Origin: Octopus vulgaris
Lineage: Eukaryota
Reading direction: 5' to 3'
NCBI GenBank assembly: GCA_951406725.2
Contig: OX597817.1
Span: forward strand, 68,944,001-69,008,000
DNA: 64,000 bases
The position numbers and the translations under genes were made by a program. Each line of letters starts with the position of its first letter. Within the stretch, counting starts at the first letter, position 1. The notes below the pieces were generated by a model. The model ran no database searches, was not told the origin of the DNA, and was given only the letters and a program-made list of their open reading frames with translations. This document shows, piece after piece, positions 13,246 to 25,149 of the stretch.

Positions 13246-13987
13246 ATATTTATATAAACTCATAAGGCTGGATTTGGGGATTCTGAGGTGTATGTATTTC
13301 TCACTCCCTGAATAGGACTCCGGTCCATTGCAGGATTACTCAGTTTTGCCAGCTGCATGAACTGGAGCAAAGTGAAATGAAGCGTTTTGTTCAAGAACAC
13401 AATACGTTGTATGGTACAGGACTCAAAACTACAATCTTACAGTCATGAGTGCAACACTGTAACACACACACACATATGCATACATATTAGTAAATATACA
13501 CAGTATACACTTAAATGTTACTAATAGTTTCATGCATTGGAGGTGTAGTCCAGGCAAATTTTAATAACTTGCTGTCTAATCCATGCCAACATAAAAGAAT
13601 GAACATAAGATAATCATGATAATGGTGTGCGCACATATGTGTGTGTTTGTAATGCATACACTCTACTTGTTGTTATAGTGGAAACTGTTAAACTGCTTAA
13701 AACCAATGCTACAGGTGCAGGTGTGGTTGTGTGGTAAGAACCTTGCTTCTAAACCACATACACACACACAGACACACACACACACACACATGATGAGCTT
13801 CTTTCAGTTTTTGTCACCCAAAACCACTCACAAGTCTTTGGTTGGCCCAAGGCTAAAGCAGAAGACACTTGTCCATGGTGCCTCACACTGGAATTGAACC
13901 CAGAACCATATGGTTGGGAAGCAAGCTTCTAACCACACAGCCATGCCTGCACTTGTGTGTATACCACTCTCTCTGTATGTATATATT

Positions 13988-14215
13988 CTTTTATTCTTTT
14001 ACACGTTTCAATCACTTGACTGTGGTCATGCTAAAGCACCACTTTAAGGAGTTTTGTAGCTGAAGAAATCACACCCAGGACTTATTCTTTGTAATCCTAG
14101 TAATTATTCCATTGGTCCCTTTTGCCAAACTGCTAAGTTATAGGGACATAAATACACCACCATCAGTAGTCAAGTGATGGTATAGGAAAAAAACAGACAC
14201 ATACACACACATACA

Positions 14216-14264
<49 letters not shown>

Positions 14265-14410
14265 CAGGCTTCTTTCAGTTTCTGTCTAACAAATCCCCTC
14301 ACAAGACTTTGGTTGGCCTAAGGCTATAGTAGAAGACACTTGTCCAAGGTGCCACGCAGTGAGACTGAACCTGGAACCATGTGGTTGGGAAGTACGCAGC
14401 CACACGGCCT
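13988..14410 (-). mobile_element. SINE family B (CORE-like head, internal microsatellite)
   Basis: Reverse complement of the 27001-27425 consensus. Confidence 0.8.
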
Positions 14411-14784
14411 ATATGCATGTGTTTGTGTTTGCATATACACATGGATGTATCTAGGCTTATGTGAACACATTGCTGTATATATAAATTTTTTTCATATAGA
14501 TAAGCGTGCATGCTTTCATCTATAAAGTCAGGCAATGAAATCTCCCCATTCATAATATAAATTGGAGAGGATTTTTTCCTTCTTATAATATTGTATTAGT
14601 GGTCTAACTTGATCACTTACTCATATTCAATATTCACGTTCATCATTGCTCGAAAACTCTTTAAAACAAGACTACAAAATGTCTTGGAACCCTTAGGCTA
14701 TAAAATTTACACAGAGTGAAATGTGTAGCTAAATTACCCAGCTGCAACTGAAGCTCATTGTATATATTTCGCTAAGCATCGTCA

Positions 14785-15360
14785 CCATCATCATCATCAT
14801 CATCATTTAATGACTGTTTTCTATCATGATATGGGTTGGACAGTTTAACAGGAGCTGCCCAGCCAAAAGACTGCAGCAGGTTTCATTGCCTATTTCGGAG
14901 TGTGCTTTTTCTTTTAATACCTGGATGCCCTTCCTAATGCCAACCTTTTAACCAGAGTAGAACGAGTGCTTTTTATGTGGCACCAACACTGGTAAGGTCA
15001 GTCTTAAAATGGATTTTATGGCTGGATACCCTTCCTAATGCTAATTACATTACAGAGGTGCCTGGAAGCTTTTTATATGGCACCAGCATATCATCATCAT
15101 ATCATCATTGTTGTTTAACATCCACTTTCCTGACTGACTGAGGACTGGTGAGCCAGAAGGCTGCCCCAGGCTCAATCTGATCTAGCAAAGTTTCTACAGC
15201 TGAATGTCCTTCCTAATGCCAACCACTCTAAGAGTGTAATGGGTGCTTTTATATGCCACCGACACGAGGGCCAGTTAGGTGGTACTGACAGCAGCCACGC
15301 TCAAATAGTGCTTTTTATGTGCCACCTGCACAGGAGCCTGTCCAGCAGCACTAGCAACGA
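14785..15360 (-). mobile_element. Two adjacent family C 3' fragments
   Basis: (CAT)n tails at ~14790 and ~15090, each followed by CTGGATGCCCTTCCTAATGCCAAC-type motifs. Confidence 0.7.
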
Positions 15361-16619
15361 TATGTATATATCTTTGTGTGTGTGTGGTTGTGTCTTTACA
15401 TTGTATGATAGTGGTAAACTATCAAATCGTCCAACCCATGCAAGCATGGAAAGCGGACGTTAAACGATGATGATATTGACAGGTTTCTTTTTGTTCCTGC
15501 CAACAAAATAACACAGTCTGTCAAAATGTGGAGGGGGACAAGTTGACTCACAAGATTTTGGCAGGCCTGGGGCTATAGTAGAAAGACACCTGCTCAAGGT
15601 GGCATGCAATGAAACTGAACCTGAATCCACAGAATTACAAAGCAAGCTTCTTACACACAGAGCCATACCTGTCTTGTCTAAAAGTATAAACCACTACAAC
15701 ATGTTAACCATCAAGCTATTCACAGCTCACTGAAAATTTCTATGTAATGCTAGATGATAATTGAAATGCACAGCCCTTTGCTAATGCTGAGATGATTAGC
15801 TGAATTAAGTTAGTAGGTTGATAAGTGAAATATTGACAGCTCTGAAAATGACTTACTTAATTAGGTTATTGATTGTTACATAGACTACTGATTGCCTGTT
15901 AAGTGTGGGACAGTCTGTGGTGTAATTTTAATTCAGAATTGGTTTTGTAGTTAAAGTATATTCCTTTATCTTTCATCTTATACTTGTTCTGATCACTGGA
16001 CTCTAGCTATGTTGGAGCATCACCTTCAAGTCAAACAACGTTGACCCCAATACTTATTTTCTGAGTCTGATACTTATTCTATCAGTTTCTGTTGATGAGC
16101 CACTATGTCATAGGGATGTAAACAAAGCAACACAGATTGCCAATAGGTGGAAGGTGACAAAGACCAATACATACATACACACAAGCATACATATATATGC
16201 TATGTATGTGTGTGTGTGTATATAACAGGTTATGAAGGCACATGGTTTAGTGGTTAGGCTGTTGCCCTCATGATTGCTAGATCGTGGTTTCAGTTCCCCT
16301 GGGCAGTACATTGTGTTCTTGAACAAAACACTTCATTTCACGTTGCTCCAGTCCCTCCAAACAGGTAGCCCAAATTTTGTTGGGCTAGTCCAACAAATGT
16401 TGGGCTATGTCCAGTTTGATGCTTAAAATCTTACTTGCTTGTCTACCAAATTCACTCACATTCAGCTAAATGATTACTCCATCTTGAGGATGGAGGTAAA
16501 GAAAATTATTGCTGCCAAATTGGAAAAAAAGCTGTCATGGACAAATAAGAGGAGTTCAACAGGAATGAAAATAAAATCATAAACAAAATTCAAAGTTTAT
16601 ACACTTTTAACACATATTA

Positions 16620-17544
16620 AAAATGACAAACATACATAAAAGTGAGTTTAAAACACAATGCATCCAATTTCACTCAAATCATCATTAATTCTGAGATACC
16701 CAGTATTTATTCATCCAGCTAAACAGGGGAGAGAACACGGGGGCAACTAATTGTAGGTGAGTATAGCTTCTGGAAGTTGGTCATGCGGTTAGACTCAAAT
16801 GGTTGTAACAATGGCAGTTTGTGTTTTTGTATGAACATTTTGCATTATATAGTTCAGACATAGAGGACATAGAAAGCAGACATGCTGCGGGGCCATGCTG
16901 TGTTGCGCAGGATTGAAAACACAAAATGGGGGCACTTCTGGAGAATGGATGAATGGGTTTATTGTGCCTTTACCCAGCTGCACACACATGCACATGGCCT
17001 GGTGGTGCACGGAATAGTAACATGAAGCATCAAAAGGGCACCAACAAAAATTTTAATGTTCTCATTTCCTCTGCCAAATTGGACAAAAAGGTTTTCCTGA
17101 AATATTATACGTTACTTATAATGCAAAAGTAGCGTCAATATTTTATTGTCAGAAAATGACCTAAGACAAACATAAAGCCCAGTGCAGTATACTCAAATCT
17201 GGTTACCCTGCATTTGGGACCCATAGTCGGCGTCAGAAAACTTTTTCATCAACAGCAATTCAAGGAGCCACGTTAATGTTTGTTGCAAATTTGGAGGAAA
17301 GTAACTGGATACTCTTCAAGTTATGGGCCTTAACACTGCGTAAAATGCTTTAAAAATGCAGTTTATCTATCCCTGAGCCCGCATTAGGCAAGAAGTTGAA
17401 ACTTTTTTAGCCCATGACACTCCATGGACCTTATGTAATACATATGTAAAATTTCATTAAAATTGATCGACTGGATCTTGAGTTTTAATGACATGACAAA
17501 TACACAGACAGACACACATCCTGTGTTTTATATATATATATAGA
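16620..17544 (-). mobile_element. Non-autonomous Helitron-like element (5' end clear, 3' end not resolved)
   Basis: Minus strand begins A|TCTATATATATATATAAAACACAGGATGTGTGTCTGTCTGTG...GATCAATTTTAATGAAATTTTAC, a typical Helitron 5' terminus. The left boundary is a guess. Confidence 0.55.
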
Positions 17545-17845
17545 TGAAATAAATTTAAAGAGTCCAAAACCCAATGAAAATGTACATTTATTCTAATGTT
17601 GATTGGTTTTAAAATGGTATGTTTGGAGAGGGCCATACTGGAGCATTCAAGTAGTTGCATTATTTCTCTCTAGTCATATTAGCCGGGCACAAAACAATGA
17701 TTGATTCTAGAATGACATCCTTAATTGCTATTAAGTTTCATTGGCTTGACTACTTATATTTCCCTTTTCCAGTCCTAATGTATATATTTACAAATATATT
17801 AATATATACAAAGAATTATCCAAAATTATCCTTTTTCTTAATATA

Positions 17846-18399
17846 TCTTTTATATAAAATCCGTTCTGTGTGTGTGTGTGTGTGTCTTCTAGGATCTCGG
17901 GCATCCTCCATCCGATTGTGCTCAAATCTGATATGTAGATACCAACGGTATCAGGGCATGTATAAGTCTTGAAAAAGTTACAAAAATCGATTCCAAGTGA
18001 GAATGCGATCGATAAACCCGTGGGAATGTGCATGTGTAAAATCATTTTTCTTGGAATAGAAAAAAGTCTATCTTTATTTCTTCTTTTGCAGGTGTCTCAA
18101 ATTTAGGTTAAATCAGTGTTTCTCAAAGGAGAGGCCTATGGGACGGTCAGATAAGTTGTTTTGAGAAAATTTGGTTTAAATGTTTGACAACTCAGCACCG
18201 TCATTGGAGGGGAGGGGCATTTTGCTTTGTTTTGTTATCTTTTTCTTGTTTACTTTTTATCTTCTTACATTGTTCTGGCCTTAACAACATAACAACTTCC
18301 TTTAAATATTCTATATATATATATATTATTGATCTTTAGCAGAAGTAACAGAGGAACTCAAAGTTTGAGAGTTACGTTCATTGGCACTTATTAAACTAG
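17846..18399 (+). mobile_element. Non-autonomous Helitron
   Basis: A|TCTTTTATATAAAATCCGTTCTG(TG)n...CCGATTGTGCTCAAATCTG at the 5' end; ...AAACTAG|T at the putative 3' end; no TSD. Confidence 0.65.
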
Positions 18400-18631
18400 T
18401 TACAGGTCTCTCACACACACACAAACACACACACACATACCATCACCACATCCACTAATCAATGTCCTTTTCCATACTGGCATGGGTTGGACAGTTTGAC
18501 AAGACCAGACAAGTCAGAGGATCTGCTAGGTTCTGTGTCTGCTTTGACATGGTTTCTACAGCTGGATCCTCTTCCTCACACTAATCACTTAACAGAGTGT
18601 GTGTGTGTGTGTATGTATATGTATGTATGTA

Positions 18632-18695
<64 letters not shown>

Positions 18696-18700
<5 letters not shown>

Positions 18701-18830
18701 TCAAAGTGTAGTATCTGTTCTTATCAGCTTAATATCTGATACCTAATACGGTTCCTATTTGGCGCCATTGATATTAAACTAATTTTTAGAATGAGGTCAA
18801 GTGTTAGGGGTGTGCTTGGCCTTTGCCACA
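18696..18830 (+). pseudogene. U2: Truncated U2 snRNA copy
   Basis: TAAGATCAAAGTGTAGTATCTGTTCTTATCAGCTTAATATCTGATAC matches conserved U2 including the branch-point pairing GTAGTA and stems IIa/IIb; Sm site AATTTTTAG at 18781. The first ~21 nt and the 3' stem-loop IV are missing. Confidence 0.9.
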
Positions 18831-18841
18831 ATTTTTTTATA

Positions 18842-19225
18842 GGCACAGGAGTGGCTGTGTGGTAAATAGCTTGCTTATGAACCACATGGTTCCAGATTCA
18901 GTCCTAGTATGTGGCACCTTGGGCAAGTGTCTTCTACTATAGCCTCAGGCCGACCAAAGCCTTGTGAGTGGATTTGGTAGACAGAACCTGAAAGAAGCCT
19001 GTCGTATATATGTATGTGTGTATATGTTTGTGTGTCCGTGTTTGTCCCCCAATATTGCTTGACAACTGATGGTGGTGTGTTTATGTCCCCGTAACTTAGT
19101 GGTTTGGCAAAAGAGACCAATAGAATAAGTATTAGGCTTCCAAAGAATAAGTCCTGGAGTGAATTTGCTTGACTAAAGGTGGTGTTCCAGCATGGCCGCA
19201 GTCAAATGACTGAAACAAGTAAATG
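18842..19225 (+). mobile_element. SINE family B, full length
   Basis: tRNA-like head GGAGTGGCTGTGTGGTAA...GATTCAGTCC; CORE-like CCTTGGGCAAGTGTCTT; internal (TA/TG)n; tail CAGTCAAATGACTGAAACAAGTAAA. Confidence 0.88.
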
Positions 19226-19804
19226 GTATATATATGATACATGCTGTAAAATGGTTGGTGATAGGAAGGGCATCCAACTTTAGAAACCATGCCAAAACAT
19301 ATATTGAAGTTTGATATATGATGCTAGCATGGAGTATGGACACTAAATGATGGCAATATACACACACATGCAAATATTTTATATTCAGCCAAATAAAAAC
19401 TATTTTGTCTCTTTTTTTTTAAAAAAAAAGCAAAATGATCTACAGCACTGTTGGAACTGACAATAACAGCTGCTTACATTCAGATAAACTCTTACTTACA
19501 CACATTATTCTATATCACAACTGTGAATGTATACACACACACACACGTGTGAGTATACACATTCACATACATAGACATTCACACACACACACTTTTTAAA
19601 TTGCAATGTCCAGTACTTGTCATTAAAGAAAGCTTTAGGGGTTTGGCTAATCCCTTACACTATTGGAGAAACCTTGAGTTGAATGTGTAATTTAGTAAGC
19701 CCGCATCTAACTCTGGTAACTTAAAATCAGATTCTGGGGCATTTGTCCTGATTCAGTTTGTGTTCTTAGCTAAATATTTCTTTCATTGTATCAACAACAA
19801 GTAA

Positions 19805-20244
19805 TCTATACATATAAAGCTGAAGTTGTGTGTGTGTGTGTAGCAGGTTTGGTAGCCTTCAACTAACGCTATCTCCTCTGAGACCCTGCGGTGCAAGTTG
19901 ACCAAAATTGAGAGTATGATAGAAGAAGGCTTGCTCTTCATTCCGTAGAAGAAAAAATTCAAATTGGACCATGTTAAGATCAAAAATTATTTACATCAAA
20001 AAGGTGCTTTTTTCTATGAAAATCCCTACTTTTTACAATTTTTTGATTGCTGTGTCGCCATTTTTCAGTTTATTTTGACCAGAAAAATGTTCACTTAAAG
20101 AGATTAACAAGCTACATAATTCAAAATTTTTCCTTTTCAAAAAAGATTGAAACTATGTCAAAACTTTGTTAACGCGACATCAAAGTCTGCTGTTTTAAGC
20201 ACAACTAAAAAACAAACCCGAGCAACACCGGGCTATACTGCCAG
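19805..20244 (+). mobile_element. Non-autonomous Helitron
   Basis: 5' A|TCTATACATATAAAGCTGAAG(TG)n; 3' hairpin CCCGAGCAACACCGGG followed by CTATACTGCCAG|T (CTAG mutated to CCAG). Confidence 0.8.
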
Positions 20245-20310
20245 TATGTTTATATATGTTAAAAAATTTATTAACTTACATAAATCTCAGTAATAGTTCA
20301 TAAGTTAAGG

Positions 20311-20343
<33 letters not shown>

Positions 20344-21029
20344 TTTATATAAACTTCTGAAAACAATGTAGGTGTCTTCTAGATTTTCAATATCAGTAAG
20401 TTTCCAAAGTTCTAAAACAATTACAGTATGTATTTCTTATGGACTCATGCTGATACACACATACAATTATATGATATATGTGTATTTTTATATACATATA
20501 AACATAATCATATATACAAGACAAGGTATAAATAACGGTCATTATATATTTTTCTTTATTGCAGTAAATTTGATTTACAGCTGTTCCCAATAGTCATTAT
20601 AGGTTCGTTATTGATAGGTTCACTCAGTCAGTATATTGATCGGTTGAGAAAAATTGAATGACCTAAAAAGTTAATGCTACTTTTGACAGAATCATTTCTG
20701 GTTATAATCATGTGCGTGTGAGTGTGTGTGTATAATATGCACAAATAATATATATATATATATATATAAACACAAACAGACATAGAAATACACAATTTAT
20801 GATATATCTTTTATTTTTTATCTTTTATTTGTTTCAGTCAATGATACCAGTGCTTATTAAGTCTGGTACTTAATCTTTTGCCGAATCGCTAAGTTACAGC
20901 ACTGGATATCAAGCGGTGGTGGGGAGACAAATACAGACGCAAAGACATACACATAAATATATGTGTGTGCGTGTGTCTATATATATCCGTGTGTGTGTAT
21001 ATATATATATATTGATAGATATAGATATA

Positions 21030-21649
21030 TCTAATATAATAAAAGCGAAAACTAATTTTTGTGTGCCAGTGTGTCACACTCTGACCCCCTCCTCTCTCAC
21101 TATTTAATGACATTCCTACTATTCCTCATGATGGGGGGAAAATAATAATAGTAGGCATAAAGAAGTTTAAGGCAGTGGTGAAGACAGAGAGAGTGAGAGA
21201 GAGAAAGAAAGAAAAAGAGAGATAAAGAAATTTAGGGAAAGTTGGTAATGTTTTATTAAAAGTACATTGGCGAAAATAAATTTAAGACCGATGATAAAAG
21301 TCTATTTCTTACAAAATGTTTTGTTACTACCACCATGAGAAAGTTGGTAATGTTTTATTAAAAGTACACGGGTGAAAATAAATTTAAGACCGATGATAAA
21401 AGTCTATTTCTTACAAAATATTTTGTTACTAACACCATACAAATGATTTTTATCTTTTATACCTAATGCAGAATTTGTTTCTCTTTCGAATGATGTAGAC
21501 AATAACTATATTTATACAAGTTGAAGAGTTCTAATGCTAAATTAATATAAACGTTTAAAATTTAGCAGCAAAATTAGTTTAAGACCATGTAATACATATG
21601 CAAATTTTCTTGCCAAAATGGGTGGTCACACAACTAGCCTAACTGCTAG
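21030..21649 (+). mobile_element. Non-autonomous Helitron with internal ~101 bp tandem duplication
   Basis: 5' A|TCTAATATAATAAAAG; 3' AACTGCTAG|T, resembling the 3' end at 20244; duplicate unit GAAAGTTGGTAATGTTTTATTAAAAGTACA...GTTACTA.CACCAT at ~21237-21337 and ~21338-21438. Confidence 0.78.
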
Positions 21650-22059
21650 TGTTATAATTTAACGTTATTATACAATTGATTAATAATGGGAAAACAACGT
21701 AGCCTCAGTCCAGTTATGAGAGCAAAAATCATATTACTCCACGAGAATAATATTGGCTGTGACTTCAATGTTTAACCCAATTAATCCATCTAATTATGTG
21801 TGTATCTGCATGCACGCACACACACACACACACACACAAACGCACACACACACACACACACAAATATATGTATGACAAGCTTTCACTGAGTTTTCATTTA
21901 TCAAATTCACTTGCAAGGTATTGGTTGACCCAGGGCTGTAGTAGAAGACAGTTGCCTGAGTTGCCATGCAGTGGACCTGAACCCAAAATCACATTGTTGC
22001 AAAGCAAGCTTCTTAACCAAGCAGCCATGCCTGTGCTCATATGCACAATCACATATACA

Positions 22060-22612
22060 ACTAGCAGAGTTTGCAAGTGACTTGTTCACCTTGCAAATAA
22101 AGATGTACCTTCAATAATGCAAATATTATGACAACAATGTTGAATTGGCCAAACATGTACCACACTCTCTTGTTGTGTGACCATGCACCTACATTAATAA
22201 AACTATGAGAAACAAGAATCAGGAGTTGGAGCTCTATCTACAGCTATCTTCTGGCAGCATCTGTGATAATGCTGGTGGCAAATTGTAACAGTTGTGCTAT
22301 TCCTTTAAATACAGCTGTGATGTGGAGAATGGGTCATGATCCGTGGACAACAAGCCATCCACCATAAGATATTGCCCAGGTTTGGAGCCTGTCAAATACC
22401 CTATACTGGAGAGATTGATGAAGGCAGGAAAAGAAAGGTGAATCAATACAGAAGAACACTACAACTCAAACAATACTGGGAAAGCCCACAAGTGCAGCTT
22501 GTATGGAACAGTTTGTGTATTGGATTGTTCAACCACAGACAATGCTGTTCCAGTAGGAGTGGATAACTCGGACTTTCATCCATAGTCAGTAATGACAAGA
22601 TAGAGGCCATAG
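22060..22612 (+). mobile_element. Degenerate RTE-like LINE 3' end
   Basis: Ends in HKCSL...CIGLFNHRQCCSSRSG* (RTE C-terminal C2H2-like GL.SH motif) followed by a short 3' UTR. Confidence 0.5.
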
Positions 22613-22640
22613 ACATATATGCATGCACACAAAGCATATA

Positions 22641-22857
22641 TGAGGGAATGCTGAAAAGTGTCTGGCTTCTAGAGTATCATGAAGGGCCTAGTTGGAGACC
22701 CAACATTTCGAGTTCTTTTACAGGGCTTAGAAAAACTGTAGGTCCACTGCAACAAGTGTATGAATCTGAGATGGGAAGGTGCTGAATAAAATCATAATTA
22801 ATTAATCCTCCCATATTTTCTTTTACCCAAAGTCAGGAACTTTTCGGCACCCCCTCG
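22641..22857. mobile_element. Mariner-type MITE
   Basis: TA|TGAGGGAATGCTGAAAAGTGTCTGGCTT ... AAGTCAGGAACTTTTCGGCACCCCCTCG|TA: imperfect ~28 bp TIRs with TA target. Confidence 0.8.
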
Positions 22858-23277
22858 TATATACACTCAAAACACACACACACATATATACATATATAAG
22901 CATATCTATATGATTAAGGATTTCACTTCCTGACCATGAGTTATAGGGTTTAGTCCCACTGCATGGCACCTTCAGAAAGTGTCTTAGATAAGTTGTGCCA
23001 TGCTGACCAAAGCCCTATCAGTGTATGTGTATGTATACATGGGTGTGTTTGTTACTGTCTCCCTGTCTTGGCCTTGCATGATACTTATAAACAAGTGTCA
23101 CTCTCACACAAGCAGTGTCATCCAAGAAATCATGCCAGTCCCTGGGGAAATATTTCTTTACTTGGAAACAGGTAAGGGTTCATGACAGGAAGAGTATCTT
23201 GGCTATAGAAAATCTGCTTCAACACATTCCATCTCATCCATACAAGTATAGAAGACAGGACACGAAAACAATGAAGA

Positions 23278-23326
<49 letters not shown>

Positions 23327-23329
23327 TGC

Positions 23330-23741
23330 ATATATATCATATTAAAAAGCATTCACACATAATACATACATATAGATATACATATGCATACATGTACATA
23401 CACAGATGCGTACACAAACACACACATATATATATACATACATATATACATGTATACGTATACATGCATGTGCTCACACATGTGTACACATTTTTCAAAT
23501 GCATATTTACATTAATTGTGAGTTGGCTTAATGTCAACTCACATGATATATATATATATATATCATATTAAAAAGCATTCATACATAATAATACACATAT
23601 GCATACATGTACTTACACAGACGCATACACAAACACACACACATATATATATATATGCATACATATACATGCATGTGCTCACACATGTGCACACATTTTT
23701 CAAATGAATATTTACATTAATTGTGAGTTGGCTTAATGTCA
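23330..23741. repeat. Tandem duplication (~215 bp unit, second copy shorter)
   Basis: ATATCATATTAAAAAGCATTCA...TTTACATTAATTGTGAGTTGGCTTAATGTCA occurs twice. Confidence 0.88.
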
Positions 23742-23769
23742 TTCATGTATTCACAACATTATTCTAAGA

Positions 23770-24100
23770 ATATATGTGATTGTGTTTCTCTTAGCAACAG
23801 TTTTCCGTAATGACAACAACAAGAACTTATACTCCCAAAATATACTGGAATTTTTGTTATATTGTATCTCCAACAACCGGAAAATTTTTGGAAATTTTAA
23901 ATAGCGCATAATTTTACTGTCCAGCTTCAATTATTGATTTCTTCATGCAGAAGGCTCCATGAAAGTGAAACTAAGTTGATGCGGGATAATCTATTATTTA
24001 TTTCTTGTAATAATGAATTACTTATTCTCAATTTCTTGTATTGAGATCACTATTATGTTCCATATAAATATATTTAATATGTGATTTAATACGTGTATTA
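23770..24100 (-). mobile_element. Possible degenerate Penelope-like GIY-YIG endonuclease 3' fragment
   Basis: Minus strand gives scattered residues YIYM...DL..R...S(T)...SW.L...I.SWT...CCHYGKLLL, matching in order the Penelope C-terminal pattern YIG.T..R..H..ST.LS..W.L..I.W...CRH..K.LL; many frameshifts. Confidence 0.4.
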
Positions 24101-24141
24101 ATTTTATATGTGTGTGTGTGTGTATTAATGTTTGTTTTGTG

Positions 24142-24295
24142 ACTGTGTGGTAAGTAGCTTGCTAACCAACCACATGGTTCTGGGTTCAGTCCCACTGCAT
24201 GGCATCTTGGGCAAGTGTCTTCTGCTATAGCCCCGGGCCGACCAATGCCTTGTGAGTGGATTTGGTAGGCGGAAACTGAAAGATGCCTGTCGTAC

Positions 24296-24337
<42 letters not shown>

Positions 24338-24532
24338 TTGTGTGTCTGTGTTTGTCCCTCTAGCATTGCTTGACAACGGATGCTGGTGTTTACGTCCCCG
24401 TCTCTTTTGCAAAAGAGACCGATAGAATAAGTACTGGGCTTACAAAGAATAAGTCCCAGGGTCGATTTGCTCAACTAAAGGCGGTGCTCCAGCATGGCCG
24501 CAGTCAAATGACTGAAACAAGTAAAAGAGTAT
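24142..24532 (+). mobile_element. SINE family B
   Basis: Close match to 27001-27425, CpGs largely retained. Confidence 0.9.
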
Positions 24533-24699
24533 ATACTTATATATTAAAATGGCTTCACATTAAGTAAAGGATCACCGAATACCTCTATGTAGCGTACCAA
24601 ATATGTTTTATTCTTTAAAAAATGAGACATTGACAGTAACTTTGAAGTCATTGTCAGTGATTTCTTCGTAAAAATAATATGATGTATACAAATATATGC

Positions 24700-25025
24700 A
24701 GCATCATCATCAACGCTTAATGTCTGTTTTCCATGCTGGCATGGGTTAGATGGTTTGACAGGTACTGGCAAGTGCTGAGACTGCACCAGGTTCTATGATC
24801 TGTTCTATCTTGGCTTCTAAAGTTGGATGCCCTTCCTTATGCCAACCACTCTACAGAGTAGAGTGTACTGAGTACTTTTTACATGGCACCAGCACTAGCA
24901 CCCATACCAGTATTTTCTACATGGCATCTTAGTTTTAGGATCTCAGTTCTGTTGTGGTGGTTAGGTCTTCCCAAGTACAGCAATGCACCACATATCTTGG
25001 TCCTCTATCATCTCTTCATACGGTT
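24700..25025 (-). mobile_element. Family C fragment
   Basis: CAT tail, TTTTCCATGCTGGCATGGGTT and GTTGGATGCCCTTCC motifs. Confidence 0.7.
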
Positions 25026-25045
25026 ATGTATGACTGTATGCATGC

Positions 25046-25085
<40 letters not shown>

Positions 25086-25104
25086 GTACGTATGTATGTT
25101 TGTA

Positions 25105-25149
<45 letters not shown>

